From the NCBI GenBank assembly GCA_003971905.1, contig RSEE01000038.1, positions 372,001 to 436,000 on the forward strand: a stretch of 64,000 bases of DNA. Reading direction: 5' to 3'. Shown here in pieces: positions 35,555 to 47,035 of this stretch (position 1 is its first letter; each line of letters starts with the position of its first letter). The notes under the pieces were generated by a model that saw only the letters and a list, made by a program, of their open reading frames with translations, was not told the DNA's origin and searched no databases. Both the position numbers and the translations under genes were made by a program. Source of the DNA: Moniliella sp. 'wahieum' (taxonomy: Eukaryota).

Positions 35555-38500
35555 TCACAAGTTGGCGGCCGCATCGGCAAAGATGCGCGCTGCTTCGAAG
35601 TCCTCCTGATCTTGTCGCGCAGCTTCGTCTCTCGGTGCTTGGGCGAGGTTTTGATCAATATGAGCAATCTGGGCTTGCACATTCCTTCGATAAAGTAAAG
35701 GTAGGACAAGGCGCCTACGATCAAGAATGCCACCACACCTTCCCAAGATACTTCCTCCACATCTTCCAGCTCCCATTCGTCCTCGGGGCCAGGATCGGGT
35801 TCGAGAGGCTGCTCAAGGGTGGTAGACTCGGGAGACAAAGGGCGGGTGGAAAGAGCTTGTTCCTCCTGTTCCGTGTAGGCAAAGTTGCCACTGGGTTGTC
35901 CCCAGGAGTACTGGGACCATAGATGCAATGCCGAGGTGTCCCGTTCCAAAATGGCAGCCCAAAAGGCGCGCCAATGGAGTCGGATGAGAGAGAGAAGAAC
36001 GGGAAGATACGGTTCTTGCTGGTTGATTTCCCAGGCCATATCGTAATAGCGCTTGGCCAAGTAAAAGTTCCTTCTTGGTACCCCCAGCCCCATCTCGTAC
36101 ATCCACGCCATATCCCAATAGGCAAGCGAAGAAGTATGGTCCAACGCACTTTGGTAGCAAGCCGCCGCCTTGTTGTACTCTACAGGTGCACCCATACCAC
36201 GGAAATAATAGTCGCCCATCTTGACCAGCGAATCAATGTTGCCCTGGCCTGCCGAGCGGGACCATTGCAACAACGCCAGACGATCCGCCCGCCCGTCTTG
36301 CTCCTTTCGCCCAAGCAGACGGAAAGGAGAGACTTGTCTCGGTCCAAGATCCAGGCGAGATTGTTTTGGGCAGTTTCATACCCCCGCTCCCCAGCCATGG
36401 TCCATCCGAGCAACGCAACCGATCGGTCGTGGAAGCGCCAGGCTCGTTCGGCCAAGGCATAGGTCGGAGTTTCCCAATCACCCCTTTCGACGACCGTTTT
36501 GAATGCTTGTACCGCCGAGCGGCAGTAGGCCCCGCCCGCACGTGCAGCAGCGGCGTCCAACTTGCCCATAAAGTAGCGCGCCTCAAAATTGTTGCCAAGC
36601 ACAATCGCCGCCTGGAACTTTTCGCGGGCCTCGGCAAATTCGCCCATGTCAAATAGGATCTTGCCCAGTTGGACCGGCGCGTCGGGGTGACGCGACTGCA
36701 TTGTGGCTTTGGTAAAATACCGAGCGGCCATGGAGACGTTTCGGCTCGCCATCCCCAGCCCATCGCGCAACATGATCCCCGTCATCACGACCGAGTTGGC
36801 ATCGCCCCACTCCATCCCGCGACGGAACCAGACCCAGGCACGAGAAAAGTCTTGTTTCACCCCTTCGCCTCGGAGGTACATGCTGCCGACTTTGCCGGCA
36901 GCCAGAGCAGCTTCTTTGCCCAACTCGACGCTCACCCCTGCCACGCGAGGATCGACCCTCCGAACCGTTTTCTCGTCCAGTTGCATCCCCGGCGAGATGG
37001 CGCTGGCCACCACACCGCTATCCCGCGGCCAGACTTGGGTGGTAATCTTGACAAAGTATTCGAGCCGTCGCTTGTAGTCCCGTGGGATCAGACCGGCATC
37101 CTCGCCACCCCAGAGGCTGCCGTAGTAGTACATTTGGGCCAACAGCTGGAGGAAGGTGACTTCGCCATGGTTGGCATGGTACTCGTAAAATTCAAGCAAA
37201 TCGGTGAGGCCCCGGGCGCTGCCAGTGTCCTGCCCCAGGCCAGGATGGTTGCCCAAGATGGCTCGCATCAGAGGTTTGCGGGCTTCCAACCCCGAACTAG
37301 CCACCGACGCTCCAGGACCATACACCCCCCCAGCAAAGTCCGAAAGACGCACCTTTTTAGGGGGCAGGAGAGTCCGCCCGGGGGACCCGAGAGATGAACC
37401 GCGCATAGCTGCAGGTGGGTCAGTCACCCACATTGAAACAACAGCGGAGGGATCGTACCTTGGTCGGCCGCGTGCTCGTACCAATGCATGGCGAGGAGCA
37501 CGAGGGCCTGGTGCCATACCGGCATAGTGGCGATAGGCAGCGACATCTGTCCTTCGAGTCGCCTTGTCGTGCGGCAGTGGCGAAATGCAAGTTGGCTAAT
37601 GCCTGGGGTGAGGAACGTCGTCCGACTCAATCAGAGTCGAGTTGGTGGAGAGGGAGGCGTCGTCCTCGTGGACCAGCTGGGACGTCGAGGAGGTCCAACG
37701 ACTGGCATGGAGGAAGCCTAGACGCGAATGGGCCGAACTATTGCCGGTCAAATCGGCCAGGCGAGCAAAGCACGCTTGCGCCTTGGATGCATTGGCCTCC
37801 CCCCCATGGCTTCCCCAAGGAAATGTTCGCCCAGGACCCACAAGGCATCGGACTGTCGGTCGTTCAGTTCGTGCACAAGGAGACTGGAGAGGGATCAAGG
37901 AGCGTGCCATTTGCAGCCCTATTGGTGCGATGAGAGAGAGCGTCATCCACGATGGCTTGGGCGGAAGGCCGAGGCCCGTCCAATGGGTCAGCAGCAACCC
38001 ATAACAGGAGCCGCTCCGCACTCGCCACGCGTTGTCTCCTGCGTTGAAGTGGGGTCCACTTCGCTTCGGTCTCCACCTCAACCTCGCCGCCAGTCTGAAA
38101 CAGACCCAGCACAGCCCGTTTAACGTACCCAGCAGCACGGTCAGTGTAGCTTTTCTCCTCAGAGGGCTGGTCGTCGCCCAAAAATGGTCCGAGGAGTGCA
38201 TCATCTGGGTACGCTTCCCATGCGGGCCAGAGAGGTCGTGCCTGAGCGCCGGGCCAGGTGCGTGTCTGGTGATCTCGAGATGCAGCGCGCAATTCCAGCA
38301 AGTCCGGTCGACGTTTCCATCGTCCCAGTCGGGTAGGCGGGGGGATCGCCACCATTTCCTTACCCAGTTGGCCAGTTGCCCCATAGGCCCCGTATCATAA
38401 AGAGTGATATCGACCCAGGACTGTACCCGATCCCGGATCGAGGCCCCGAACCGACCGACCGCGCTCGAGCGCACCCGGTCCTGGGCTGCCGCCCAGGAAG

Positions 38501-38768
38501 AAGAGGAGCGAGGCGAAGGGTGGGAGTTATCTCAGCGAGAGTAACACTTCGAAGAAGTGCGAGGGCGTGGTCATAGGCCTCGTCGGGCGTGTAATGCTCA
38601 GGCTGAACATTGCCCTCGGGCTCGAGGGCGAGGTGAGGGTTAGGGGATACAGCCGAGGCGGCAAGAGGAAAGAGGGCCAGGAAGGCAAAAGAAGAAGCAG
38701 TGGCCAACGAAACAGGCGTAATCGTGCGGAGGTAGCTCCTCGGCGGGGTCGAAGCTCCCCGCAGCCAT
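35555..38768 (-). CDS. HRD3: ERAD Hrd3/SEL1L-like SEL1-repeat membrane protein; frameshifted
   Basis: N-terminal hydrophobic segment; SEL1 repeats (GSMYLRGEGVKQDFSRAWVWF, ERGYETAQNNLAWILD, SAGQGNIDSLVKMGDYYFRG, AWMYEMGLGVPRRNFYLAKRYYD); C-terminal TM VVAFLIVGALSYLY. Confidence 0.9.
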
Positions 38769-39573
38769 CACAATGGACAACGCCACAGCGATCAGATGGT
38801 GGGAGTGATGGTGGTGCTTGTCCCGCTCACGTGCAAAGCCACCACGGCATCTTTCCACGTCAGCGCAAGCGAGACTTTTGGACCACCCAACCCTACATTC
38901 ATACGACCGTCTCATTAAATTACTTCTGGCATCACAGGATGCACCGACGCTCAGCTTTCATATTCGTCGAGGGCAATCGGTGATCGACAATGCCGCCTGC
39001 ACCTCCATCTGTGCCCCACCCTCACCACAACGCGAGAACGAGACGAGCACAAGCGGATTCATTGGGGGTATTATGCCCATTCTCATACGCCCTCTGAGCA
39101 TGGTTACCAACTACAGAACTACAGAACAGCCAGCCGCTTGTTGGCGCCATTGCATGGTGCAGGCTGAGCGGCTGAGCTGACACTTAGAGGCTCAGTGCCC
39201 ACCTGTTTGGTGTTGGGGAACGAATAGGACACATGCCTAGTCACAGTGGCTAGGCATCATTTGAATAGGGAGCCGGAGAGCCTCGTCTTCAACTGTGAGC
39301 AGTGAGAGTGGGTTGGTTACACCGTGTGGTGAGGATTGTTGGTGGCCAAAAGGTGGTGGGAAACGACGATAGGCCCAGAGAGTGTATTTCTGTTGTGGAT
39401 GGAGAGGTGAATTTGGCATTGACGCTGTGCCGGCGGACTTGAGCTTGAGCGCTCGAGGCGCGATTGCCCCGCTTACGTACCCAAAAGGAGCAGGCGTGCC
39501 ATCTCAGGTTCCGGTGATTAATCATTGATCATCGATCCGAATCTCCGATCTCAGAATCTCAGACTTAGGATAG

Positions 39574-39614
39574 TCAAGCTTCAAGCTTCAAGCTTCAAGC
39601 TTCAAGCTTCAAGC
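39574..39614. repeat. (TTCAAGC)~6 heptamer array
   Basis: One 6/7 partial copy plus five exact tandem copies, between divergent HRD3 and metallothionein-like genes. Confidence 0.95.
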
Positions 39615-39877
39615 CGCTTGCCGCGGCGCCGCACCCGGGCGCACCTGGCCTGATTGGGCCTGGTTGGGCAGCTCACGCGCTCACTGCGGAGGCCCAGCCG
39701 CGGAGTAACTGTGGCTCTCGTAAGCCTCGTAATCTTATCTAGCACGGCGCCCTCGTAGTTATAAGCTCAAGCGTTTTCCTGCACTCTCTTCTTCTTCGTC
39801 TCCTACCGTGGTCTACTCGCTACCCACACTCCATTGGACAACCGTACCGCCTCCCCACCGCCCGCCATCTTTCCATC

Positions 39878-40174
39878 ATGCCTGTGCGTCACTCTCCACT
39901 CCCCCGCTCCACTCGGAGACCGACATGCTGACACTGCGAACAGTGCCGCTGCGCTCCTCAACCCACCGCCAAGTGCTGCTCCAAGCCAAGCGAGCCCAGC
40001 ACACCGAGCTGTTGCGCCACGAAGGCTAACCCCCTCCTTACCCCTGCCGTGCCAGTAGACATGGCCTCTAAGCCAGTCGCAGAGCCTGCGCAGATGGCCA
40101 ACCTTGGTTCATGCGGGTGCGACGAGGAGTGCAACTGTGGCTCATCGTGCAAGTGTTCCCATGGTAAGCTGTAA
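39878..40174 (+). CDS. Metallothionein-like small Cys-rich protein (about 78 aa; possibly a further 3' exon)
   Basis: ATG CCT, intron 39884-39943 (GTGCGT...GCTGAC...CAG), then CRCAPQPTAKCCSKPSEPSTPSCCATK...GSCGCDEECNCGSSCKCSHG (12 Cys in CxC/CC motifs); TATAAG at 39760. A second GTAAGC donor at 40164 may extend the gene. Confidence 0.78.
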
Positions 40175-40443
40175 CTTGCGCTGCCCCCATAGAACTCATG
40201 CCTGCTGTACTCTATCTTGCATCCTATCCATTGGACCCGCGCATGCCTTGACTTGGCGTACTAATGCAGTCATAGTAGGTGCTGAACTGTTGTTCAAGAT
40301 GGAGAGCGAAGTCACGAGTGAGCACTACTTTGGCGTTGTAAGAATCGTAAGGCCGAGGGTTCTACAACTGCAACACCACAGGGAGTATCATGGATTACGT
40401 AAGAAACGGGGCCATCATCGATCGACCATGGTTGACAGTAGGC

Positions 40444-42033
40444 ATGGTTTGGAGCCCACACCGGCCCATCGCCTTTGACGCGTGACGACCATCGCCAGCT
40501 CCCTCACCGCTATGTGGAGGAGCTCGGGGGGTGTTCCGCCTGCCTCAACATCCATCCCACCCATGCTAAGCATGGACATCGACCCGGCGGTGGACGAAGT
40601 GGACCCGCGCCCAAAGGTGAGAAGGCAGCGCAGCTCCCTTGTTCAGCATGGGCGAAGGGAGCTCAAGCCGCTTCCCCTATTGAAAGATGCCCCGTTGGAT
40701 GCACAACTCCCTCTTTCCCTGCAAAAGCTGGAGCAAGTATCCGTGATCTGTGACTTTTCGGATCCCCGAACGACCTGGATTCGAAACAGGTCAAGACCGA
40801 ACGCCCTCCACGAGCTGGGAGAGTACATCGCCCATCTCTCGGATCTTCCCCAGGAACTGTATCCCGCAATGACCGCCATGGTCGCGGCCAACTGTTTCCG
40901 CACCATGCCTCCACCCCCGCCCAACCTTTCCTCCCGCTGCGGCAGATGTATTTGATATGGACGAAGAGGAGCCATTCTGGAGCTAGCTTGGCCGCATCTC
41001 CAACTGGTTTATGAGCTCTTCCTCCGTTTCTTGGAGAGCCCCTTGTTCGTCACCACCTTGGGAAGGAGGGTGATCGACCCCCCCTTTGTTCTTCGAATTT
41101 TGGAGCTGTTCGACTCGGACGACCCCAGGGAACGGGACCTGCTCAAGACGACGCTGCATCGGATCTATGGCAAGTTTTTGAACCTACGCGCATTCATCCG
41201 TCGATCCATCAATCACGTCTTTTTCGAATTCCTCTTCGAGAAGGAGAAGCACCATGGGATTTCGGAGCTTCTGGATTATGGGGAGCATCATTAACGGTTT
41301 TGCCGTACCACTCAAGCAGGAGCACAAGACTTTCCTCCTGAGAGTACTGGTCCCTCTGCACAAGGCCCGCTCCCTGGCATTTTACCATCCGCAATTGGCC
41401 TACTGCGTTTCCAGTTTCTCGAAGGATCCAACGTTAGCGCCCTCGGTAGTTGTAGGTCTCCTTCGCCTCTGGCCAAGGTTTCCTCTTCTAAGCAAATCAT
41501 GTTTCTGTCCGAATTTGAGGAGGTCCTCGACATTATGGAACCGAGCGAATTCGTCAAGGTGCAGGTTCCGCTTTTTGGTCTTCTGGGACACTGCATTGGC
41601 TCACTCAACTTTCAAGTGGCTGAACGCGCGCTATACTTTTGGAGCAACGAATATGTTGTCAACCTTATGGCCGAACACGTTGACGTGGTGCTCCCGCTCG
41701 TCTTCCCGGCGCTGTACCAGAATGGCAGGGGGTACTGGAACCAACAATCCAACCGTTGGTCCAACATGCGCTCAAGATCTTTATGGAAATGAGTCCCACT
41801 GTATTCGACAAGTGCGTGACTGCGTATACGAACCACCAGGCTGCGTGCGTCCCCCCTCCCCCCTTTCCCCCTTTTCGTTGTTCTGCCCTATTGACCACTT
41901 GCATAGTCTCCCCGAGCTCCTTGTCGCTAGGGATGCCCAGTGGACGCGGCTCCTCAGCACTGCCCAGGCCACAAGTTCAAGATTGGGTCTGGCACCACCC
42001 GACCGCCCTCTTCGCCGACCTGCCTGTGCCTAG
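40444..42033 (+). CDS. RTS1: Protein phosphatase 2A regulatory B' (B56) subunit; start uncertain; frameshifted
   Basis: CDFSDP, EEEP...[80 protein letters not shown]. Confidence 0.92.
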
Positions 42034-42521
42034 GCACACCTATTCCCCCCGGCCCGACTGGCTCGAGTCTTAGTATTTACCCTCTCCCTGAGTGGAGCAT
42101 GTGGACGCCTGTGACATGTCTTTCCAGTAGTATAGTTAAGAGATCGATTACCAACATTTGCGTTCCAATGACTCCGTATCACGAAGTGTGCAGGCAAGAT
42201 GCAAATATGTCTTTTTCCTATTTTCCTGGTTGGGGAACACTATGCCAGTACGGCCTGGAGAAACGGGGGGTGCAACAGGTGCAACTTTGTCAGTGAGCAA
42301 AAACTTCTTCTGCCTGCTCTACATGGGTACGGCCACGGCCACTCTATTCCTCTGCAAGAGGAAAACGCTTGTTGTATACCACTCCTTCGTTGAGAGCAAA
42401 CTGTTCGTTTGTGTTATTAAAGGGTCACAAGTGACTGCTGCACATAACTGCCACCGAACGCGTAAGAAAGGAATAAGAATAGCAAGTTAGTGGCCGTTCC
42501 AATCAAGTTCACATCGTTGTC

Positions 42522-43875
42522 CTAGGAGTGTGACATCAGGAGCGGCGTTTCGTCCAAACGAATCACCAGCTTCTTGGCCCTCGGGCCAGTGGAGACTGAA
42601 GCCGTTCCAATCCCCCCCGGACTCCCGCAAGCCCATCAGGAAGTAACTCCGCTGGAACCGGAACCACCTTGCCGCCCTCCAAGAGGTTGGTCAGGATCGA
42701 AGCCACTTTCCTTGCCCAAACGGAATCACCATAAAACTGCATCCACGTCAATATGCGTCTCAACGTGTGAGGCATGGAAACGGCAGGACAACAACATACT
42801 GTGGTGCTAAAGCTGAGTCTATGGACTTGGATGTCCTCCGGTGCAGGAGAGGGGGAACCAACAAGACCCACGAGGTGAGCCGGCTCTTCCGACCGTGCCT
42901 GACGGAGCATATCGACGCAAAGACCCGCAGTAGTTCGACCAACGCAGTCGTACGCATACTGTAGCGTCCCTCCCGCCTCGGTGACCCTATTGACAACTTG
43001 CATACGATATCCCCGGCCGCTTGACCACGGTCCACGGTACTGATCCCTAATGAGCCGAGGTAGGCCGCCCGTTCGGGAGAAGCAACGGCAATCACCTTCA
43101 GCCCAGCTTGACGGGCGAGTTGGGCGGCATAGATGCCTGTCACCGCACCACCACCATAGACCCTGAAACCTGTCAGCGTCGTTCATGTCAAAGCGAAAAG
43201 AACATACACCATCCAATGCTCAGAAGAGACTTTTTTGGGGGGAAAGGCAAGCCAAAAACCAATATAGCGCAATTGCGGCGGTGATGAGACCTGTTCCAAG
43301 AGTGGCCGCTTGGATGTCGGATACCATGGCAGGCGTGCGTGCCAGGGTAGATTCATGGGCAATCGCAAATTGCTGGTACCCTCCTCCCCTCACCGTACGC
43401 GCATCGGCACAGTCCACACCCTGTCCCCTGGACGGACCGAGGCAACCCCTTCACCCACCATCTCCACCACAGCCGCCACATCACGGCCCAAAATCCAAGG
43501 GAATCTGCCGGGGCCAAACTTGAACTGGATCGACTGCGCGTCAAATGGGTTTAGCCCCACGCAGAGGATGCGCAGGAGCACCTCATCCGCACCCTGGATC
43601 ACAGGACGTGCAAATTGGGTGAGCTCAAAGGCCCGAGCCCAACCTTGATGGAAGGAATGTACCACAAGCGCCATCTGGCTTGGGGTGGAGGTACTGGGCT
43701 CACTGTCGGAATCTTGGCTGGAGGTAGCAGTCGAGGGGGGTGACGGGGCATAGGCGGCAGAGAGAACGGCATCCTGAGGCCAGCGCCAATCCGTCTCTGG
43801 CGCCTGGAGGACACGGTACTTACTCTGGCGCTCCCCGGTATCGAAGAGATCGGATTGACGCAGCCGCTTGGGCAT
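42522..43875 (-). CDS. Medium-chain dehydrogenase/enoyl-reductase-like (GroES + Rossmann) oxidoreductase; start uncertain; introns; frameshifted
   Basis: DEVLLRILCVGLNPFD, PWILGRDVAAVVEMVGEGVASVRPGDRVW, AATLGTGLITA, VYGGGAVTGIYAAQLARQAGLKVIAVAS, YAYDCVG, KKLVIRL. Confidence 0.85.
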
Positions 43876-44340
43876 CAGGTATAGACGGGGTGGGGGACGA
43901 GGCGAAGCCAGAGAGCCTGGCTGCAGGTTTTAACCCATGCCCTGGCCTGCTTTCTCCGGCATGGCCGGGACCAAAGAAGAGGAGTGACGTGCTAGTGCAG
44001 CGGGAGGTGCCCAGCGGGTATTGACTCCTGCTGAATAACAAACAGCGACGTTCGGTCGAGCTTGAAAAAGCAGCCGGGGGAGTCGCTGCGCGTTGGCTAT
44101 CACTGCTGTGAGGCTGGGCACAACGCACACTGAGTACGAGGCTGGGCGAAGTGGGCCGCTTGCGTGCTCCCTTCGGAGGGTATTAGCTCGATTATCGATT
44201 ATCGCTTAGCGGCGCAAATAGAATTCCGCCTCAGCTGCTGTATTCCGTCCCGCCCCCCACAGCCTCTTGAGCCTACTCAGCTGAGCGCGCAGATTGCACA
44301 AGCTCTGCGCTGTTTTGTCAACTACCATCACGCGACGGCG

Positions 44341-45228
44341 ATGCTCGAGTGGTATCCGTTTCTGGATGTCGAGCGCACTTGGTCTCCACCGCCACGTCCT
44401 CTGCCGATGCGCCTAACTTCCCTTTCCATCTCACGTCTTCCGAGACTGACGAGCTCACACAGCTCAGCACGAACCATGTCCTTGTCCTTCTCTCCTCTCA
44501 GTCCGAATGGGACCTCTCCTACCCTCCTGACTTGAAGGTACATGTCGACGGCTCTTTTCTCGATCTGAGCTTTTCCAACCCCCCGTCCACTAAGCGACTG
44601 AAGCCGCCAGTCATCGAAGTTTCGGATGGCACGGATCATGAGATCTCCCTCAGCTTTTCGGGAGCGTACACGCTCTCTCTGGTGTATGGACGGGAATGCT
44701 CCCCATCTTACTTGGTAGATCTCATCCCCCCTGGTCCTTCACCTCAGGAAGAAGTGGTAATCAAGACAACATGCTACGTGTGTTACTGTTCCCCTCTATG
44801 CCAGAGAAAGAACTAACTCCATACAGCTAAGCTTGGGCCCTATTCGTCACCCCGTCTGGTCCACCAAGTGCACTCACCCGGGATACTTTGATGCCCTCTC
44901 TTTCCTCCTGTTGGTGCGGAGTATGGGTCCAAAAGGAATGGTGTGCCCGATATGCTACCAGGAGATCGGGTGGTCGACGCTACGCTACGATCCCAAGCTG
45001 AAGTGCGTGCTCGAACACCTATTTCCACCGGCCTTAGCCGCCCCAGAGCCTTCTTCTCTTCTTCTTCTTCTCTTCTTCTTCTTCAGATGACGATGATGCA
45101 AAGGAGGACCATCGAACCTCATTTGGTCCCCAGAGAGTCAAACGTGGGAGGTGCCTATGGAAGAGGAACTCCAATCGAGCCTGGTCGACCTGACGCTATC
45201 CTCATCGGGCGAGTCGGATGAAGAATGA
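44341..45228 (+). CDS. Small SP-RING (MIZ) zinc-finger protein, Siz/PIAS-like SUMO E3 ligase candidate; intron about 44777-44826
   Basis: PIRHPVWSTKCTHPGYFDA...MVCPIC (SP-RING C-x-H and C-x2-C ligands); C-terminal LVDLTLSSSGESDEE-TGA (45181-45228), resembling a PIAS-type SIM. Confidence 0.7.
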
Positions 45229-45282
45229 AATAGATGATCGAAGGAAGCAGAGCATCGTTCAAAAAGGGAAGTACAGACAAGG

Positions 45283-46597
45283 TCATGCGAGGAGGAAGGC
45301 CAGGCATCCCGCCCTACGAGAAGTGGGACGAACCATACAAAGACATCGAGGAATTCTCTGTTGTGGAGAAGTCGAATTGGCACCTCTACAGCCTCGTTCG
45401 GCATATTCAACTTGTATGCCCCGCCAACGAAATCGCCATTTTGGTAAAAACGGTCCATCATCTTATCCTTGACCGCCCATCGTGCACGCAGCCAGGTATC
45501 AAATTCAGCCTTCTCCTCAGGTGTAGCCTGAACTCGTCTTCCCGCTCTTACTGGCCGAGGGGGGTTAATTTTCCCAGGGAGGCGGATCGCCACCAGATGC
45601 AACGTTGTATGCCTCGGTACTACTACTGGGGGTGATGCGGGTAACGGTACAGTTGATATGGATCGCGGGCGGTGCGATGGCGAGAACAAAGACGCTGCGG
45701 AGGGTGTAATATCTTGCCCGTATCCCGCATCGGGAACACCGGGGTAGCCAATGTGTAATCCTAATGGGGTAAGTCACATGCGCAATCGCCCAGGAGATCG
45801 GAGACGTACCACCAACCACAGGTCTTCCACTTCGGCAGCCAATGCGCGTAGGCTAAAGAGGAGTCCCGTGCTGCGGGAAGCAGGAGGTTCTTTGGGTTCT
45901 CCACTCCGATCTTGGCAGCAAACTTGGCCGAGGCCGGGCATGTGTCACGCGAGAACAAAGTGCCCTCAGGATAAATGAGGAGCATGAGTTTTCCAAGTGA
46001 CCTCTCGTCTTTCTTGTCTTGCGGGCGGACTGATTCTGCCACATAGGCAAGGCTGCTGGCCATGACGGAGCGGTCGGAGACCCAGTTGCGATTTAGAAAG
46101 ATAAAGCGGAAGAATTGCATTCCCCATCCGATGACGGGCACCCACTTCAGCGACGCTTTGAGAATGATAAAAAGGTAGGAGGACAGGCCGGCGTAGTAAG
46201 AGATACACCAAAGGTAGAGCCAGTCGAGGTAATTTGGTGGTTAGAAATCGCCACACTACGAGGAGGGAGATTAAAGCCAGTGACCTTGCCACCCTCTTTG
46301 CGGAGGAACGGAGAAGGATCAACCGGGTGTCCTTGGGCATCGGTGAAGCTGAGGACAAGCTTGGTAGGAGCAAAGAGCTGGCTGAGGAGACAAGAAGCAG
46401 GCCAAAAGCGTGCTTCGTGTAACCGATGGTCCACAAGTAGGCGCGGGGAAGGACAAATCGCAAGGGCCAGACGAGGAACTGGAGGCCATTGATCATGAAG
46501 CATGAGAGATGGAACCAGACCAGAACGGCCACCGTCTTGTCAGCCGGACGGGCGCAGCGGGACGTTCACTGAGAGGGATGGAGTACAGGCCTTCCAT
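45283..46597 (-). CDS. Lysophospholipid acyltransferase (PlsC family, LCLAT1/Cst26-like); frameshifted
   Basis: ISNHQI...DWLYLW, ILKASLKWVPVIGWGMQFFRFIFLNRNW, LIYPEGT, FDTWLRARWAVKDKMMDRFY; probable ATG MEGLYSIPLSERP at 46597. Confidence 0.88.
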
Positions 46598-47035
46598 GGC
46601 GACGTATCGGCGGGACTGGCTGGGATGCCGCTGATAGAGGCGATGGTGGGAGCGGGAGATAGGGAGGCAGGGACAGGGACCTGCAGAACTCGTTCGAATC
46701 GCAGTTGTGGCGCGGCAGGTTGGGTCACTACTAATCAGTGCTAAGCCGACGCGCTCCTATCTCCATCCCTCGGCAGCCATCGGCCATCGACCACCGCGCC
46801 TCAATTTAATCATCGATCATTGAGATTACTGGTCAGTAATTTCACTAGTCACTTGACTAGTCACTAGCCACGGGTCACCGGGACCCACCACCTAGCACGT
46901 GACCCTCCCTTGCAACCCGCCCAACGCAATGTTCAACCGAACGTTCAACTTGACCGCAGCGAGACCCACCGGCCGAGGCTCAGGCCGATGGCGCTCGTCG
47001 TGGCCACCATTCATTGCCGTCTCCAGTTGGCGCTC

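Noticed and set aside
35008..35922. 304-aa plus-strand ORF, and similar long ORFs at 33613-34428, 61145-61936 and 62969-63979
   Set aside because: Antisense shadows of real genes or GC-rich open frames, with no recognisable motifs.
33871..39614. TTCAAGC arrays as CRISPR repeats or heat-shock elements
   Set aside because: There are no spacers and the context is eukaryotic. The arrays lack alternating inverted nGAAn units, so they are not canonical HSEs.
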